Below, piece after piece: positions 1-9,991 of a DNA stretch of 64,000 nt. Made by a program: the position numbers and the translations under genes. This DNA is from Candidatus Latescibacterota bacterium. GTDB lineage: Bacteria; Latescibacterota; UBA2968; UBA8231. Location of the stretch: assembly GCA_965261395.1 (NCBI GenBank), contig OZ253462.1, forward strand, positions 6,208,001 through 6,272,000, written 5' to 3'. Below the pieces are notes generated by a model. It did not search any database. It saw nothing but the letters and a program-made list of their open reading frames with translations, and was not told the DNA's origin. Each line of letters starts with the position of its first letter. The first letter of the stretch is position 1.

Positions 1-1116
1 CAGGGGCTTGAACACGCCCAAGGCGGGCATTTCCACGCAGCCATTGCCGCGTACAAGCAAGCGGCCGCGCAGATGCCCAATGCACCCCAAGTCCATTACA
101 ATCTGGCCAATGCCTATTTTTTGACCGATGCCCTCGACCAAGCTGAGGCCGCGTACCAAAAAGCCATAGCACTCAAGCCCAACTACGCGGACGCGTACTA
201 CCAGCTCGGTGCTGTGTACATCCGGCAAAAAAAGTACGAAGCGGCCTACGCGCCGCTCCGCAAGGCATTGGAAAGCGATCCCGGGCACATTTCCGCCTAC
301 AATGCCTTGGGCCTGCTGCACATCCGGCAAGGCGCCTACCAAGAGGCCGCCGCCCTGTACGAGCGCGCCTTGCAGGTAGATTCGACGCACTATGAACTTT
401 GGTACCATCTCGGCCAAGTCCACGTCAAGCGCGGCGCGCGCGAAGCAGCGAAAACGGCATTTACTCATGCGATTCACGCGGACACGACCCAAGCGGGCGC
501 GTACGCGGACTTGGGTGCTATGTATGTGGAGGAGCGGCGCTACGAAGAGGCCGAGGATCTTTTGCTGCGCGCCGTTGCGCTGCGCCCGTTTTGGGCGCGC
601 CCCCACTACGACTTAGGGCAGGTCTATATGCGCTTAGGCGAGCGGCAAAAGGGCCGCGAGGTGTTGGAGCGATTTGCGCGCCTCGAAGAAGAGGAAAAGA
701 TGATCAAGAGCTTGGAGTTTACGCTCTTGAGCGAGGCCGAGGACGCGCGCCGCCACTACGACTTGGGCGTGCTCTACGGCCAACGTCGCCAATTCAACAA
801 GGCCGCGGCGCGCTACCGCCGCGCCCTCGCGCTCGACTCGACCTTTGCGGCGGCCTATGTGAACTTGGGCAACATCTATTTGCGCGAGGAGCAATTCGAC
901 GCGGCCCAGCAGCTTTTTGCCCAAGCGCTCGCCGCGGATTCGACTCACGCCAACGCGCACAATAGCCTCGGCAACCTGCACCTGATGCGCCGGGACTTTG
1001 CGGTCGCCGCCGCGGCGTTTGCCAGCGCGGTGCGCTTGGCCCCGGATGACCCGGGTTTCCGCGAAAATTTGGATATCGCCCGGGGGTTGAAGGCGGGCGA
1101 TGCGCGTGGGCCATGA
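1..1116 (+). CDS. Tetratricopeptide repeat (TPR) protein, 5'-partial
   Basis: Frame open from base 1; many TPR units (AYYQLGAVY, AYNALGLLH, AYVNLGNIY, AHNSLGNLH). Confidence 0.9.
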   Translation, partial: QGLEHAQGGHFHAAIAAYKQAAAQMPNAPQVHYNLANAYFLTDALDQAEAAYQKAIALKPNYADAYYQLGAVYIRQKKYEAAYAPLRKALESDPGHISAYNALGLLHIRQGAYQEAAALYERALQVDSTHYELWYHLGQVHVKRGAREAAKTAFTHAIHADTTQAGAYADLGAMYVEERRYEEAEDLLLRAVALRPFWARPHYDLGQVYMRLGERQKGREVLERFARLEEEEKMIKSLEFTLLSEAEDARRHYDLGVLYGQRRQFNKAAARYRRALALDSTFAAAYVNLGNIYLREEQFDAAQQLFAQALAADSTHANAHNSLGNLHLMRRDFAVAAAAFASAVRLAPDDPGFRENLDIARGLKAGDARGP

Positions 1117-1170
1117 TGTATTGGACGGTGGAGCTAGTGCAGCGCTAGGTGGCCAGTTCTTTCGCTTCAA

Positions 1171-1794
1171 CTAGGGGGTCAAAAGCCGCGTGGCGGCGTC
1201 TTCAGGGCTAAGGTGGGGAATGGAGCGGTTGAGGAAGGTTTCGAGGAGCTGGGTCGGCGTTAGATCGGTGGTATCAATGGCGAATTTGCGGTGGATCCAA
1301 GAGGCCTGCACCTCTTGCTGGAAACGATCTAGTATTTCTGGAACATCTTCGGCGGGGACCAATGAGTGCGGGTGTGGGGCTGCGGCCATGCGGGCGCGGA
1401 TTGTTGCAGGCGTAGCGTGCAAATAGACGAGCATGGTGTCGTCGGGCATGTCTGGTTCGTATTCGCGGATGTCGATGTCGATGCCTGGGTAGTAGTATTG
1501 GGGGCCGTACACCTTTTCCTCGATGTGGAAGCCGCCCAACAAAATGTCTCGATAGCGGTGCAGCAAGCGCACGTGATAGACGATCTGGAAGCGCTGGAAG
1601 CGCTCCTTGATGGCCGGCAGCATGGCCAGCATGGCTAGCTGCTCTTCGTCGCTGAGGTGATAGGCGTCGGGGATGGTAAAATGGTCGTCGAGATGGTGGC
1701 TAATTCCGCGACTCAGCCCCCATTGATGCACCTGCTCGATGAGGGTGCTGACGCCTGAGTATTCGCAGCCAACGGCAATGACGCGCATGAGCAT
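1171..1794 (-). CDS. Nucleotide-kinase-like (P-loop fold) hypothetical protein with degenerate Walker A
   Basis: N-terminal VIAVGCEYSGVSTL; later LVYLHATPATIRARM and IDTT as in NMP-kinase folds; AAGGA RBS. Confidence 0.6.
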   Translation of the reverse strand: MLMRVIAVGCEYSGVSTLIEQVHQWGLSRGISHHLDDHFTIPDAYHLSDEEQLAMLAMLPAIKERFQRFQIVYHVRLLHRYRDILLGGFHIEEKVYGPQYYYPGIDIDIREYEPDMPDDTMLVYLHATPATIRARMAAAPHPHSLVPAEDVPEILDRFQQEVQASWIHRKFAIDTTDLTPTQLLETFLNRSIPHLSPEDAATRLLTP

Positions 1795-1950
1795 ATCCTT
1801 TGGAATGTCGTGAACCGAGTTGAAACACTATACTGGCCCCACAATCCCCTGTCAAATTTGTCAACGAAGAACGAGCATAGGAGTACGCAGCACTGTATAT
1901 TGGCAATTATTTTTTGGCTTTGGAACTCAACCCCTTGGAAAGGAAATCCC

Positions 1951-2913
1951 ATGGCAGATTTGAAAGTAGCGGTCATCGGCTGCGGCGGTCACGCTCAGTC
2001 ACACTTCCGCATGATTGCCGACGAGCCACGCCTGCGCTTGGTGGGCATTGCCGAGCTGGACGAGGAGCGGCGGCGCAAAAACCAGACCGAATGGGGGCCG
2101 GAACGCGCCTTTGCCGACTATCGGGAGATGCTCGATGTCTGCCAGCCGGACGTGGTGTACGTGGTCACTATGCCCGGCCACTTGCTGCCCATCGTGTTCG
2201 ATTGCTTGGAGCGCGGGCTGCACACCTCGGTGGAGAAAGCGCCGGGCATGACCGCGGCTGAGACCGAGCAAATGGCGCAGGCGGCTCAGCAAAGCCAAGG
2301 CAAGGCGCTGGTGTCTTTTAACCGGCGTTACTTTCCCCAGGTGCTAGCCGTGCGGCAGCGCATCGAGGCGGTCGGGGGCGCAGTGCATTGCGCTGCCACG
2401 TACAATAAGCCGGTGACCCTGTTGGGGCCGGCAGCACCCGATCCGGTGATATGCGACGCCATTCACCACGTCGATCTGCTGCGCTGGCTGGCTGGCCGTA
2501 GCGCTGAGGAAGCGGCCATTCCGGTGGAGGTGCAGGGGATGGTGCAGGACGGCGAGCGGCCTGGGTGCCACCGGCACAACGCCGTGGTGCGTTTCGATAC
2601 GGGCACCTTCGGCACCATGATGAGCCACTACGGTGTGGGCTACCGCATTCAGCGGGCCGAGGTACACGGCGAGGATTTGTCGATCTATCTGGATATGACC
2701 CGAGGGCCGCAGGTGGAGGGCTATGACAAGGGCCAACCCTTTACCGTAGAGGCCGAGGAGATCGAAGCAATGGGCGGGGCCGGCTTCAACGAGGTCGTCC
2801 ACTTTGTCGATTGCATTCTGGAGGATCGCACGCCGTGGTCGAACTTGGATGATGCCGTGCATACCATGCGCTTGTGCGAGGCTATTCGCAGGGGGCATCG
2901 GGGGGTGTTATAG
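1951..2913 (+). CDS. Gfo/Idh/MocA family oxidoreductase
   Basis: VAVIGCGG Rossmann motif, EKAP, FNRRY, DAIHHVD; AAGGA RBS before ATG 1951. Confidence 0.9.
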   Translation: MADLKVAVIGCGGHAQSHFRMIADEPRLRLVGIAELDEERRRKNQTEWGPERAFADYREMLDVCQPDVVYVVTMPGHLLPIVFDCLERGLHTSVEKAPGMTAAETEQMAQAAQQSQGKALVSFNRRYFPQVLAVRQRIEAVGGAVHCAATYNKPVTLLGPAAPDPVICDAIHHVDLLRWLAGRSAEEAAIPVEVQGMVQDGERPGCHRHNAVVRFDTGTFGTMMSHYGVGYRIQRAEVHGEDLSIYLDMTRGPQVEGYDKGQPFTVEAEEIEAMGGAGFNEVVHFVDCILEDRTPWSNLDDAVHTMRLCEAIRRGHRGVL

Positions 2914-2954
2914 GGGCCTGCCAAGTTTGAAGCTGCGTTTGTTACGCAGCGCTT

Positions 2955-3385
2955 CTACTCGTCGGCGTCTAACAGGTGCCTAAAGGCTTCGAGGCTGGGC
3001 ACCTGTATAGGCCGCTCGATGCAACTGCTTGAGGCGCTGCACATCGCTAATGGCCCCAATCTGCCCGGCCAACTGCTGGGCCGCGTCCGCATCAAAGCGC
3101 AGGGCCAACACTTCGAGGAGAAATTCTCGCCCCCCCTGCTCAATGCCCTTTTCCGTGAAATACTGCACTACCGAAGATTCGTACATGGTCTCCTCCGCGA
3201 TGATGGCCATAATCGTTTCTAATCTATACACCAACCCGCTCAAAATCGCAAGATCGGCCAGATAATTGGCTTTGAGGATCTCATCCATCGGCACCTGCTG
3301 CGCCCGGTTCACACATTGGCGCAGCCACGCCTCCACATCCACACCGGCCGGCCGCTGCATCAACGGCGCAAACGGCAGCAAGCCC
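2955..3385 (-). pseudogene. C-terminal remnant of an Rpn (YhgA-like)/DUF4351-type protein, frameshifted
   Basis: LLPFAPLM...MYESSVVQYFTEKGIEQG...LALRF; frameshift near 3010 separates HRAA from IQVPSLEAFRHLL; N-terminus absent. Confidence 0.65.
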
Positions 3386-3520
3386 GAATTAGACCGACCC
3401 GGCAGTACAAAAAATGCGAGCGTCGCCAAAGCAACCACTGTTTTATGGCCATGTATGCGGCCTGTCGCTTAGAGCGCCCTACATGTCAAGCACCCGCTGC
3501 TCAGTTCTTTCAATTATAGT

Positions 3521-3628
3521 GCCTCTTTTTCTTGCTTAGTCCGAAGGAACCCGACCAAACAGAGTTCGCGCCGCTGGGTTGGCCTTAGCATCCAGAAGCA
3601 CGGTGATGACAGGGGCGAGGACCGCACT
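3521..3628 (-). pseudogene. Possible ankyrin-repeat gene remnant
   Basis: Manual translation SAVLAPVITVLLDAKANPAARTLFGRVPSD*ARKRG resembles the ankyrin consensus LLxxGAxxxxxxxxGxTPxxxA. Confidence 0.35.
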
Positions 3629-3689
3629 GCATCATAATGTCCGCGTTTGTGTCGCCCGGGTATTGTGACAGGGCCTCGGTAAGTATTCC

Positions 3690-3731
3690 AAGAGGCACAA
3701 AGAGGACATTAAAGGACATAAAGAGGACATT
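3690..3731 (+). repeat. Short imperfect tandem direct repeats, core (A/G)AGGACAT
   Basis: aagaggcaca aagaggacat taaaggacat aaagaggacat upstream of the HTH gene. Confidence 0.7.
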
Positions 3732-3792
3732 TTAATTCAATTAATTCATTTTTAGATCATATATTTTATGGAAATAACTATTTATATGTCTC

Positions 3793-3822
3793 TTGATAAA
3801 TTTATCATAGCAGCTATATTAT
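3793..3822 (+). promoter_or_regulatory. Putative promoter with overlapping 14-bp palindromic operator
   Basis: Perfect palindrome TGATAAATTTATCA at 3794-3807 overlapping TTGATA; TATATT/TATTAT at 3815-3822. Confidence 0.55.
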
Positions 3823-3857
3823 GAGTGTCAATCGTTAAACTTCACAGGAGCTTCATC

Positions 3858-5024
3858 ATGAAGATTGATCCTAAAAGCCTTCGTAGCCTACGCCAGAAGC
3901 AAGGCCTGACCCGCCCCCAGCTTGCTGAACGGTCTGGAATCAACAAGCGCACGATCCAACGCTTGGAAAACGAACCGCAGCAATGCCAAAAATCCCGAAA
4001 GGACACTCTGGAACGTTTGGCCAAGGCGCTCGGAGTCAAAGAAGGCGAAGAAGGTCTGCTCACTGGTGAGTTACCACTTCATGAGTCCGGTAAGGCACCC
4101 GACTCCGACCCCGAGCGCGTCCAAATCGGCGCGCAGATCATGCCGAAGGTCCGGCTTGCCTACGACCTCATCAAACGCCGATATGGCGTCAGTGCCACTG
4201 AAATCATCAACATGGCACCGCTCTTCTTTGCGCTTCTGGCTGAGGGAAGTCTCGCTTGGCGACGCGAGAAATTGAAAGAGTTAAAAGAAGGTATTGATCG
4301 TTTAGAGGAGATCGACGGGTTTTGGCGTGAGAACCACTTCCCATTTGCCGTGACAGTCGATGACAATGATATCGAGGCAGAAGAGGATTCCATCGACAAG
4401 ATCAACGACAAGGCCAATCTGTTCGGCGAGCATTTGTTAGGCTGTGTGACGTATGATCTCGATCCCTCCACAGACAACCCATTCGCCAGCTATTTGCGCA
4501 AGTTGAAAGCCGAACTCGACATAACCGGCGTCGTCGATGTGGACAGTGGCGATCTCCGTTTCGGATCTCCGTTAAAGTTCCCCGGATACGACCTCTGCCG
4601 CGACGAACTCGACCGCATAGCCAACGACTCTAGCTCCGTCAAGGATCAGAAGAAGAAGATAGAGGATCTGGAGAAGGGGATGAAGGATCTGAAAAAAGAG
4701 ATAAAGGAGAAAGACGAGAAAATAAAAGAAATAGAAGAAATGGGGAGGGCAGAAACCCATCCAGAAGGCGTTTCCGAGGAGGAGTTCAAGGAGGGCTTGA
4801 AGGAGTTCAATAAGCGGGATAAGCTCTGGAAGGAACTGAGCCACTTACAGGAGAAACACAGGGAGGAACAGAGCCGCTTAGAAATGCTCATCAAAGAGGA
4901 GAGGGACCGCATTACTTCCTTAAGCGACACTATCACGTACCCAGAAGGCGACTCAAAGGACATAGAGGAGGAGGACTCTCAAGAGACCAACTCCGAAATC
5001 GAAAAAGGAGGCGACGACCAATGA
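3858..5024 (+). CDS. XRE-family HTH protein with long C-terminal region and coiled coil
   Basis: LRSLRQKQGLTRPQLAERSGINKRTIQRLE; CAGGAG RBS before ATG 3858; K/E-rich heptads at ~4640-4920. Confidence 0.8.
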   Translation: MKIDPKSLRSLRQKQGLTRPQLAERSGINKRTIQRLENEPQQCQKSRKDTLERLAKALGVKEGEEGLLTGELPLHESGKAPDSDPERVQIGAQIMPKVRLAYDLIKRRYGVSATEIINMAPLFFALLAEGSLAWRREKLKELKEGIDRLEEIDGFWRENHFPFAVTVDDNDIEAEEDSIDKINDKANLFGEHLLGCVTYDLDPSTDNPFASYLRKLKAELDITGVVDVDSGDLRFGSPLKFPGYDLCRDELDRIANDSSSVKDQKKKIEDLEKGMKDLKKEIKEKDEKIKEIEEMGRAETHPEGVSEEEFKEGLKEFNKRDKLWKELSHLQEKHREEQSRLEMLIKEERDRITSLSDTITYPEGDSKDIEEEDSQETNSEIEKGGDDQ

Positions 5025-5323
5025 TCGACATTAGCTATACTCGCCACGCCGAGATGCGCATGCAGCAGCGGGCTATTCGCGAAAGGGATATTCCGCTCAT
5101 TATCGAGTTGGGGACGCAGGTTGACGACGAGACTTGGATTTTGCTCAAGCGGGATGTTGCCCGCGAGATCGACATCCGCAAGCGGGAGATCCAAAAGCTG
5201 GAACGCCTAGCGAATTGCAAGGTCGTGATGCTCGGCGAGCATGTCATCACCGCCTATCCCTCACGGCCGACGGATCAGAAACGCACTCTACGCCTTGGTC
5301 GGCAGAAGGGATTGGCGAAATGA
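5021..5323 (+). CDS. DUF4258-like (RelE/BrnT-fold) small protein, possible toxin
   Basis: YTRHAEMRMQQRAI...VITAY pattern; ATGA overlap with HTH gene. Confidence 0.65.
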   Translation: MIDISYTRHAEMRMQQRAIRERDIPLIIELGTQVDDETWILLKRDVAREIDIRKREIQKLERLANCKVVMLGEHVITAYPSRPTDQKRTLRLGRQKGLAK

Positions 5324-5430
5324 CGACGGAGAGAAAAATCACCTACGATCGTACTGTTGGGTATTTGCGCGGCGGCTGGTTTCCCCATGCCTAGCCATTC
5401 TTTCACCCTAAACAAGTAAGGAGATATTCC

Positions 5431-6006
5431 ATGATTCACGCTGTCATCCCTCTCGCCCTATTCACCCTGCTGTCCGCTTGTGGCCGGTCCATCCCTATAC
5501 AGCCCGATGTCCCTATAGCCAAGGTTGCTGCGGATCAGCCCGGAGGTAGCTTGGTCGGAACGTGGCTGCGAACTGAGAGTAGATTCGGGGGTATATACGT
5601 GGACTCACTTATCATAACGCTCCGCGATGGAGTCGCCGACGAGCTCAACTATTACGAAAAAACGATCCGACTGGAGGGGTGGGACGAGCCTGAGTCCATC
5701 TGCATAGAAACCTTGGATCTCGGCATAGACGACTATGTTGCCTGTCTGATGGAGACTGCCCCACGAAGACGCTCTCTTGGATCTTGGGGGCGTATCCGTA
5801 TCCAATCGGACAATGGGCGAGGGCATATCCACTACGACCAATGGGAGGAAGGACGGGAGGAAGAGGATGGCACAAGAACTCTAATACAGCCCTACATCAC
5901 CTATGACAATCGACTCATCGTGTGGGATGACCAGCTAATCCTTGTGGTAGATGACGATCTTGAGGACATACTTGAGGACATACAGTTGATCCGTTCCACT
6001 AGATAA
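5431..6006 (+). CDS. Hypothetical lipoprotein (lipocalin-like GTW motif)
   Basis: Lipobox LSAC; SLVGTW; AAGGAG RBS. Confidence 0.6.
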   Translation: MIHAVIPLALFTLLSACGRSIPIQPDVPIAKVAADQPGGSLVGTWLRTESRFGGIYVDSLIITLRDGVADELNYYEKTIRLEGWDEPESICIETLDLGIDDYVACLMETAPRRRSLGSWGRIRIQSDNGRGHIHYDQWEEGREEEDGTRTLIQPYITYDNRLIVWDDQLILVVDDDLEDILEDIQLIRSTR

Positions 6007-6146
6007 GTCGCCTCTCTTGGTATATGCCACACAATTGGCCTCGGGGCTTGTCCTCGGCTGCCGTCGTCTCGCTCCTGCCGCGTAAGATACAGCAGGCTGA
6101 GTTGTCGGATAAAGTGAAGATCAAAAAGTGAACCTTTGGAGGAACG

Positions 6147-7100
6147 ATGGATAATACGAAAGCGATGCTAAAACAGTACTTAAGCATACGAGTACAACTG
6201 AAGTCTGTAGGCGTACTCATTGATGAAATAGAGCAGTTGAGCGAGGAAGTAATCGCCAAAATTGTGGATAAAGCAGGAGACCTTACGGTTGATGAATTTC
6301 TTATCGGGTTGTCTGATTTCAGTAGCTCATACCCGGACGAGTACGAGAATTTGTGTCTCATTGGAAAAAAAGTAGGCCAAGGTCTGTCTGAGTTGCGATC
6401 CTCGTTGGACTATTTTGTTCGATTTTTAGTGTATGCTAATGGAGAAACTCCACGTAAAAATTCAGAGTTTCCTGTCATAGATATAGAGAAATTGTCAGAA
6501 GACTATAAGAAAAAGAAGAGAGATAGAACCTATTCATTTTCTGTTCAAAAGGAGAGGGAGAAGAATAAGTACCTCCGTGAGGAGAGACAGAAGGAGAAGT
6601 GTTTACGTAAGAAGAGGGAGACAGATAAATTTTTAGATGAGACTTGTCTTTGTGGTTTAACACATGATCAGAAGCTCATCATCCTTGAGATGCAGCCTGC
6701 TTATGCTGATCTCCCGCAAGCGGCGATGCTTTCTGCTGTGCATTATTACCGAAATATCTATATGCACAACGCTGTTCCAGAAATAGAGCTATTTATTGGC
6801 AGAGGCTGTCCTGGGGGGCTATCGAGAGAGGAAATGAAAAAGAAAATAGCGGCAATACAAGTTAAAAATGCAAACATATCGCTTGGGTTTGCTGTTTCCT
6901 CAGAGTATTTGTCTAAGCTAGAGAAGATGATGGAACAGTCTGATTTATATGGTTCACCAGATAAGTTATTATTTAGATTCAAAATGATGATTATCGACAT
7001 AATGCGTCTGCTTAATGTACCGCCTGACGATCGAAGACCTGATTTCGATTTCAACCTATACAATGACAGTTCCAGAGGCATTTTAGGCCGTCATGATTAA
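6147..7100 (+). CDS. Hypothetical low-GC protein with HEPN-like motifs
   Basis: GGAGG RBS; LRSSLDY helix and RNIYMH (Rx4H); AT-rich versus the backbone. Confidence 0.55.
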   Translation: MDNTKAMLKQYLSIRVQLKSVGVLIDEIEQLSEEVIAKIVDKAGDLTVDEFLIGLSDFSSSYPDEYENLCLIGKKVGQGLSELRSSLDYFVRFLVYANGETPRKNSEFPVIDIEKLSEDYKKKKRDRTYSFSVQKEREKNKYLREERQKEKCLRKKRETDKFLDETCLCGLTHDQKLIILEMQPAYADLPQAAMLSAVHYYRNIYMHNAVPEIELFIGRGCPGGLSREEMKKKIAAIQVKNANISLGFAVSSEYLSKLEKMMEQSDLYGSPDKLLFRFKMMIIDIMRLLNVPPDDRRPDFDFNLYNDSSRGILGRHD

Positions 7101-9288
7101 ACTGCGTCCCTACCAGCGAGACTTGCTACAGCAGGTTCAGACCGCTCTGGCCGCCGACACCAAAGCGCGGGTGATGATGCAGTTGCCCACTGGTGGCGGC
7201 AAAACCATTATCGCCGGAGCGCTGCTGGCCGACTGGCTCACGGGCGGGCGCAAGGCGGTTTGGCTGACGCACCGCCGGGAACTTGCCGAGCAGACTTGTC
7301 GGATGCTAACCGAGGCCCACATTTCGGCCATGACGGACGTGAAATGGACGCCGGGAACCGATGCGCCAGCGATGAGCGGCGGTGCCGTCATTTTGATGGC
7401 GCAAACCGTGAGTCGGCGCACCGCCAGCATGGAAGTTTGGCACGGATATAACGCCGATGACCTAATGGTGATTGACGAAGCGCACCACGCTGCCGCTGAG
7501 GGTTGGGAGCGGGCGATGAAGCAATGGCCCGGCCGTATTATAGGCATGACCGCTACCCCTTGGCGGCTATCAGAAAAAGAGGGATTTGACCATCTGTTTG
7601 ACGAGTTGCTCTGTGGGCCGCAGGTCGCCGATTTGCAGGCGGCTGATTGGCTATGCGATGCCCAGACCCTACTGCCGCCCCCGGAACAGCGCATAATCGG
7701 CGGCGAAGTTGACCGCACCGGAGATTACACTGAGTGGGGCATTAAACTGGCCAATCGCTCGGACGTAATGACGGCGGGGGTACTAAATTTCTGGCAAAAG
7801 GACTTCGGCGACCGGCCAACCATCGCCTATGCCGTTTCAGTGGATCACGCTCGTAACCTAGCCAGCGTTTTTAACGACGCCGGCATACCGGCTGCGGTTA
7901 TCTTGGGCGATACCAGTAGCGAAGAGCGCAATAAAGCGATAGCCGGTTTCAGAGAAGGGATTCTCAAAGTGCTGGTCAATGTGGTCGTCGCAACCGAGGG
8001 ATTTGACCTGCCCGACGCATCCTGTATCGTAATTGCCCGGCCTACTATGAGCTTGGCCCTGTACTTGCAGATGGTAGGACGCGGCTTGCGCCCGAAAGAC
8101 GGCGGCGACTGCCTAATTCTGGACTTGGCCGCTAATTCAGAAAAACACGGTTTACCCGAGGAACAGCGGAAATGGTCTTTGGAACCGCGCGGAATAGAAT
8201 CGCCGGGCGAGGCCCCGGTTGTCTGGTGTCCACAGTGCGAAACTGTATCTCCCGCCACCAGCCATCATTGCCGGGGATGCGGCGACGACTTTGGCAAAGA
8301 CTGCAACCGTTGCGGCAAATGGCGGGCTTGGAAACGCTGGCAGTTTGAAAATCACTGCGGCGACGACCATGAGTTGGTGTGCGACCTGTGCCACATTGAT
8401 GCTCATATACAAGCGCATTTGCCTGTTACTAAACCACTGGACGAGTTGATTGACATTTACCCCCCGGAGGACGGAATGTTGTCCCATGATTACCCCGAAC
8501 TGAACGACGAACTGGCGAATCGCTTGGCTGGCTTGCTCAAAGAGCTGCTTGAGCAAGAACGGCGGAGTGTTACTGGTGCCAGCGGTGACCGTCAACTCGA
8601 ACTGCTTGAGAAAATTAAGCAGCGGGAAACGGAATTGACCGATGAAGAGGGATTGGAGACACTGTTTGAAAGACATATCGCCGACTTGTCAGAGACGGAG
8701 CGCCCGGAGAACTGGGTGCAGAAAAGCCGTATGCTTGTCGATTGGGAAGGCGGTCTCAGGTCGGAATTGACCGGCTGGAAAGACGAGTTAGACGAACTGA
8801 AGAACCGGCCTATCGACAAGCAGTTGATATTCAACAGCGCAAAAAATAAAGCAATGTCCCTGTTGCAGCGTGAGGCGCGAGCCGCCGACCTATTGCCTGA
8901 ACTACTGGAATCACCAGACGATGGGGATAAAGGTAAAGGGGCAGAAAAAAAAGATAGAACGAGAATGAAGGGCGTGAGGATTAAAAAAAAGTATGAGAAA
9001 GAGTATGAGCTAGTGAAAGATTATCTAATCCCCGTTGTTCAACTTATGAAAGTGGAGGGTAAAACGCATACAGAGGCTTTCCAGTTAGTAGATAAAAACT
9101 TGGGCGTTCCCCGAGGTTGTGCTAGCTCCCAATGTACGAGAACGTTGCGCTTTTTCCCGAAAGAAAAATTTCACACTCAGGAGTTTGTTGAGGCGGTCTC
9201 AAACGGCGAGATAATTCAAAGAGTAAAGAAAAAACGTCCTCAACAGAGTGAATTGATCGAGCGTGAATTAGAGCCTTTGTACTCTTGA
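7093..9288 (+). CDS. SF2 DEAD/DEAH-box helicase with zinc ribbons and C-terminal extension
   Basis: LRPYQ, PTGGGKT, DEAHH, MTATP, EGFDLP, QMVGRGLR; CPQC/CRGC/CNRC/CDLC. Confidence 0.9.
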   Translation: MIKLRPYQRDLLQQVQTALAADTKARVMMQLPTGGGKTIIAGALLADWLTGGRKAVWLTHRRELAEQTCRMLTEAHISAMTDVKWTPGTDAPAMSGGAVILMAQTVSRRTASMEVWHGYNADDLMVIDEAHHAAAEGWERAMKQWPGRIIGMTATPWRLSEKEGFDHLFDELLCGPQVADLQAADWLCDAQTLLPPPEQRIIGGEVDRTGDYTEWGIKLANRSDVMTAGVLNFWQKDFGDRPTIAYAVSVDHARNLASVFNDAGIPAAVILGDTSSEERNKAIAGFREGILKVLVNVVVATEGFDLPDASCIVIARPTMSLALYLQMVGRGLRPKDGGDCLILDLAANSEKHGLPEEQRKWSLEPRGIESPGEAPVVWCPQCETVSPATSHHCRGCGDDFGKDCNRCGKWRAWKRWQFENHCGDDHELVCDLCHIDAHIQAHLPVTKPLDELIDIYPPEDGMLSHDYPELNDELANRLAGLLKELLEQERRSVTGASGDRQLELLEKIKQRETELTDEEGLETLFERHIADLSETERPENWVQKSRMLVDWEGGLRSELTGWKDELDELKNRPIDKQLIFNSAKNKAMSLLQREARAADLLPELLESPDDGDKGKGAEKKDRTRMKGVRIKKKYEKEYELVKDYLIPVVQLMKVEGKTHTEAFQLVDKNLGVPRGCASSQCTRTLRFFPKEKFHTQEFVEAVSNGEIIQRVKKKRPQQSELIERELEPLYS

Positions 9289-9487
9289 ATTCGCAGATCT
9301 ACGTGAGTCGAATGAAGGCAACGGACATTTCGCAATACGTGGTCCCGCCGCCGGCCCATGCTTCAGACGGCTCGACGCGGACGGCGAACTCGATCATGTC
9401 GGCGTCTCGAGGAGCAAATCACAAGACAGCAATACTATCGTTAGATGTCTCACGTCCTCCCGCCCACAGGTTCGGGACGTGCTGGCT

Positions 9488-9703
9488 TTAGACCGATTGA
9501 TCGGGGCGTTTTTCTTGACGCTCGAAGGTGAGCTCTAGGATGTTGGCACTCTTCTTGGCGTGCTCAACCTTCATGGAGACGAGGTTGCCATGCTTGTCGA
9601 GGTCTATATGGATGTTCTCGCACAATTCCCGAGTCTCAGCGACACGTTCCGAAGTGAACTCGATAAAAGCGGTGTCCGTATCTTCAAAGTAGTTGATCTT
9701 CAC
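9488..9703 (-). CDS. DUF2283-family antitoxin-like protein
   Basis: MKINYFEDTDTAFIEF...IDLDKHGNLVSMKVEHA; AAAGGA RBS; upstream partner appears decayed. Confidence 0.75.
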   Translation of the reverse strand: MKINYFEDTDTAFIEFTSERVAETRELCENIHIDLDKHGNLVSMKVEHAKKSANILELTFERQEKRPDQSV

Positions 9704-9991
9704 GTTTTTCCTTTCGTTTGATACTTCCGATCTATCGCGTTTAGTGCTACATAGACCCTGAGCTAATATACGACGTGAGCGTACTTCTGGACGACCGCGT
9801 CTTTAGGATCGGTTTGTAGTTCGACATTCCCGACTCGGCGATTAGGCGGCCGTCGAGGGAAGAGACGCGCACGTGTGGCTGCTTGTTTTGACGACTAACC
9901 GCAATTGGGGGCCAAAGTGGACACGGAGACGGCCAAGAGACATACTTAAACGGCAGTTAGAATCCGAAAGTTTGGCAAGGGAATTTGGCAA

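Noticed and set aside
9285-9491. 68-aa ORF after the helicase
   Set aside because: No RBS or motif; region looks like decayed sequence
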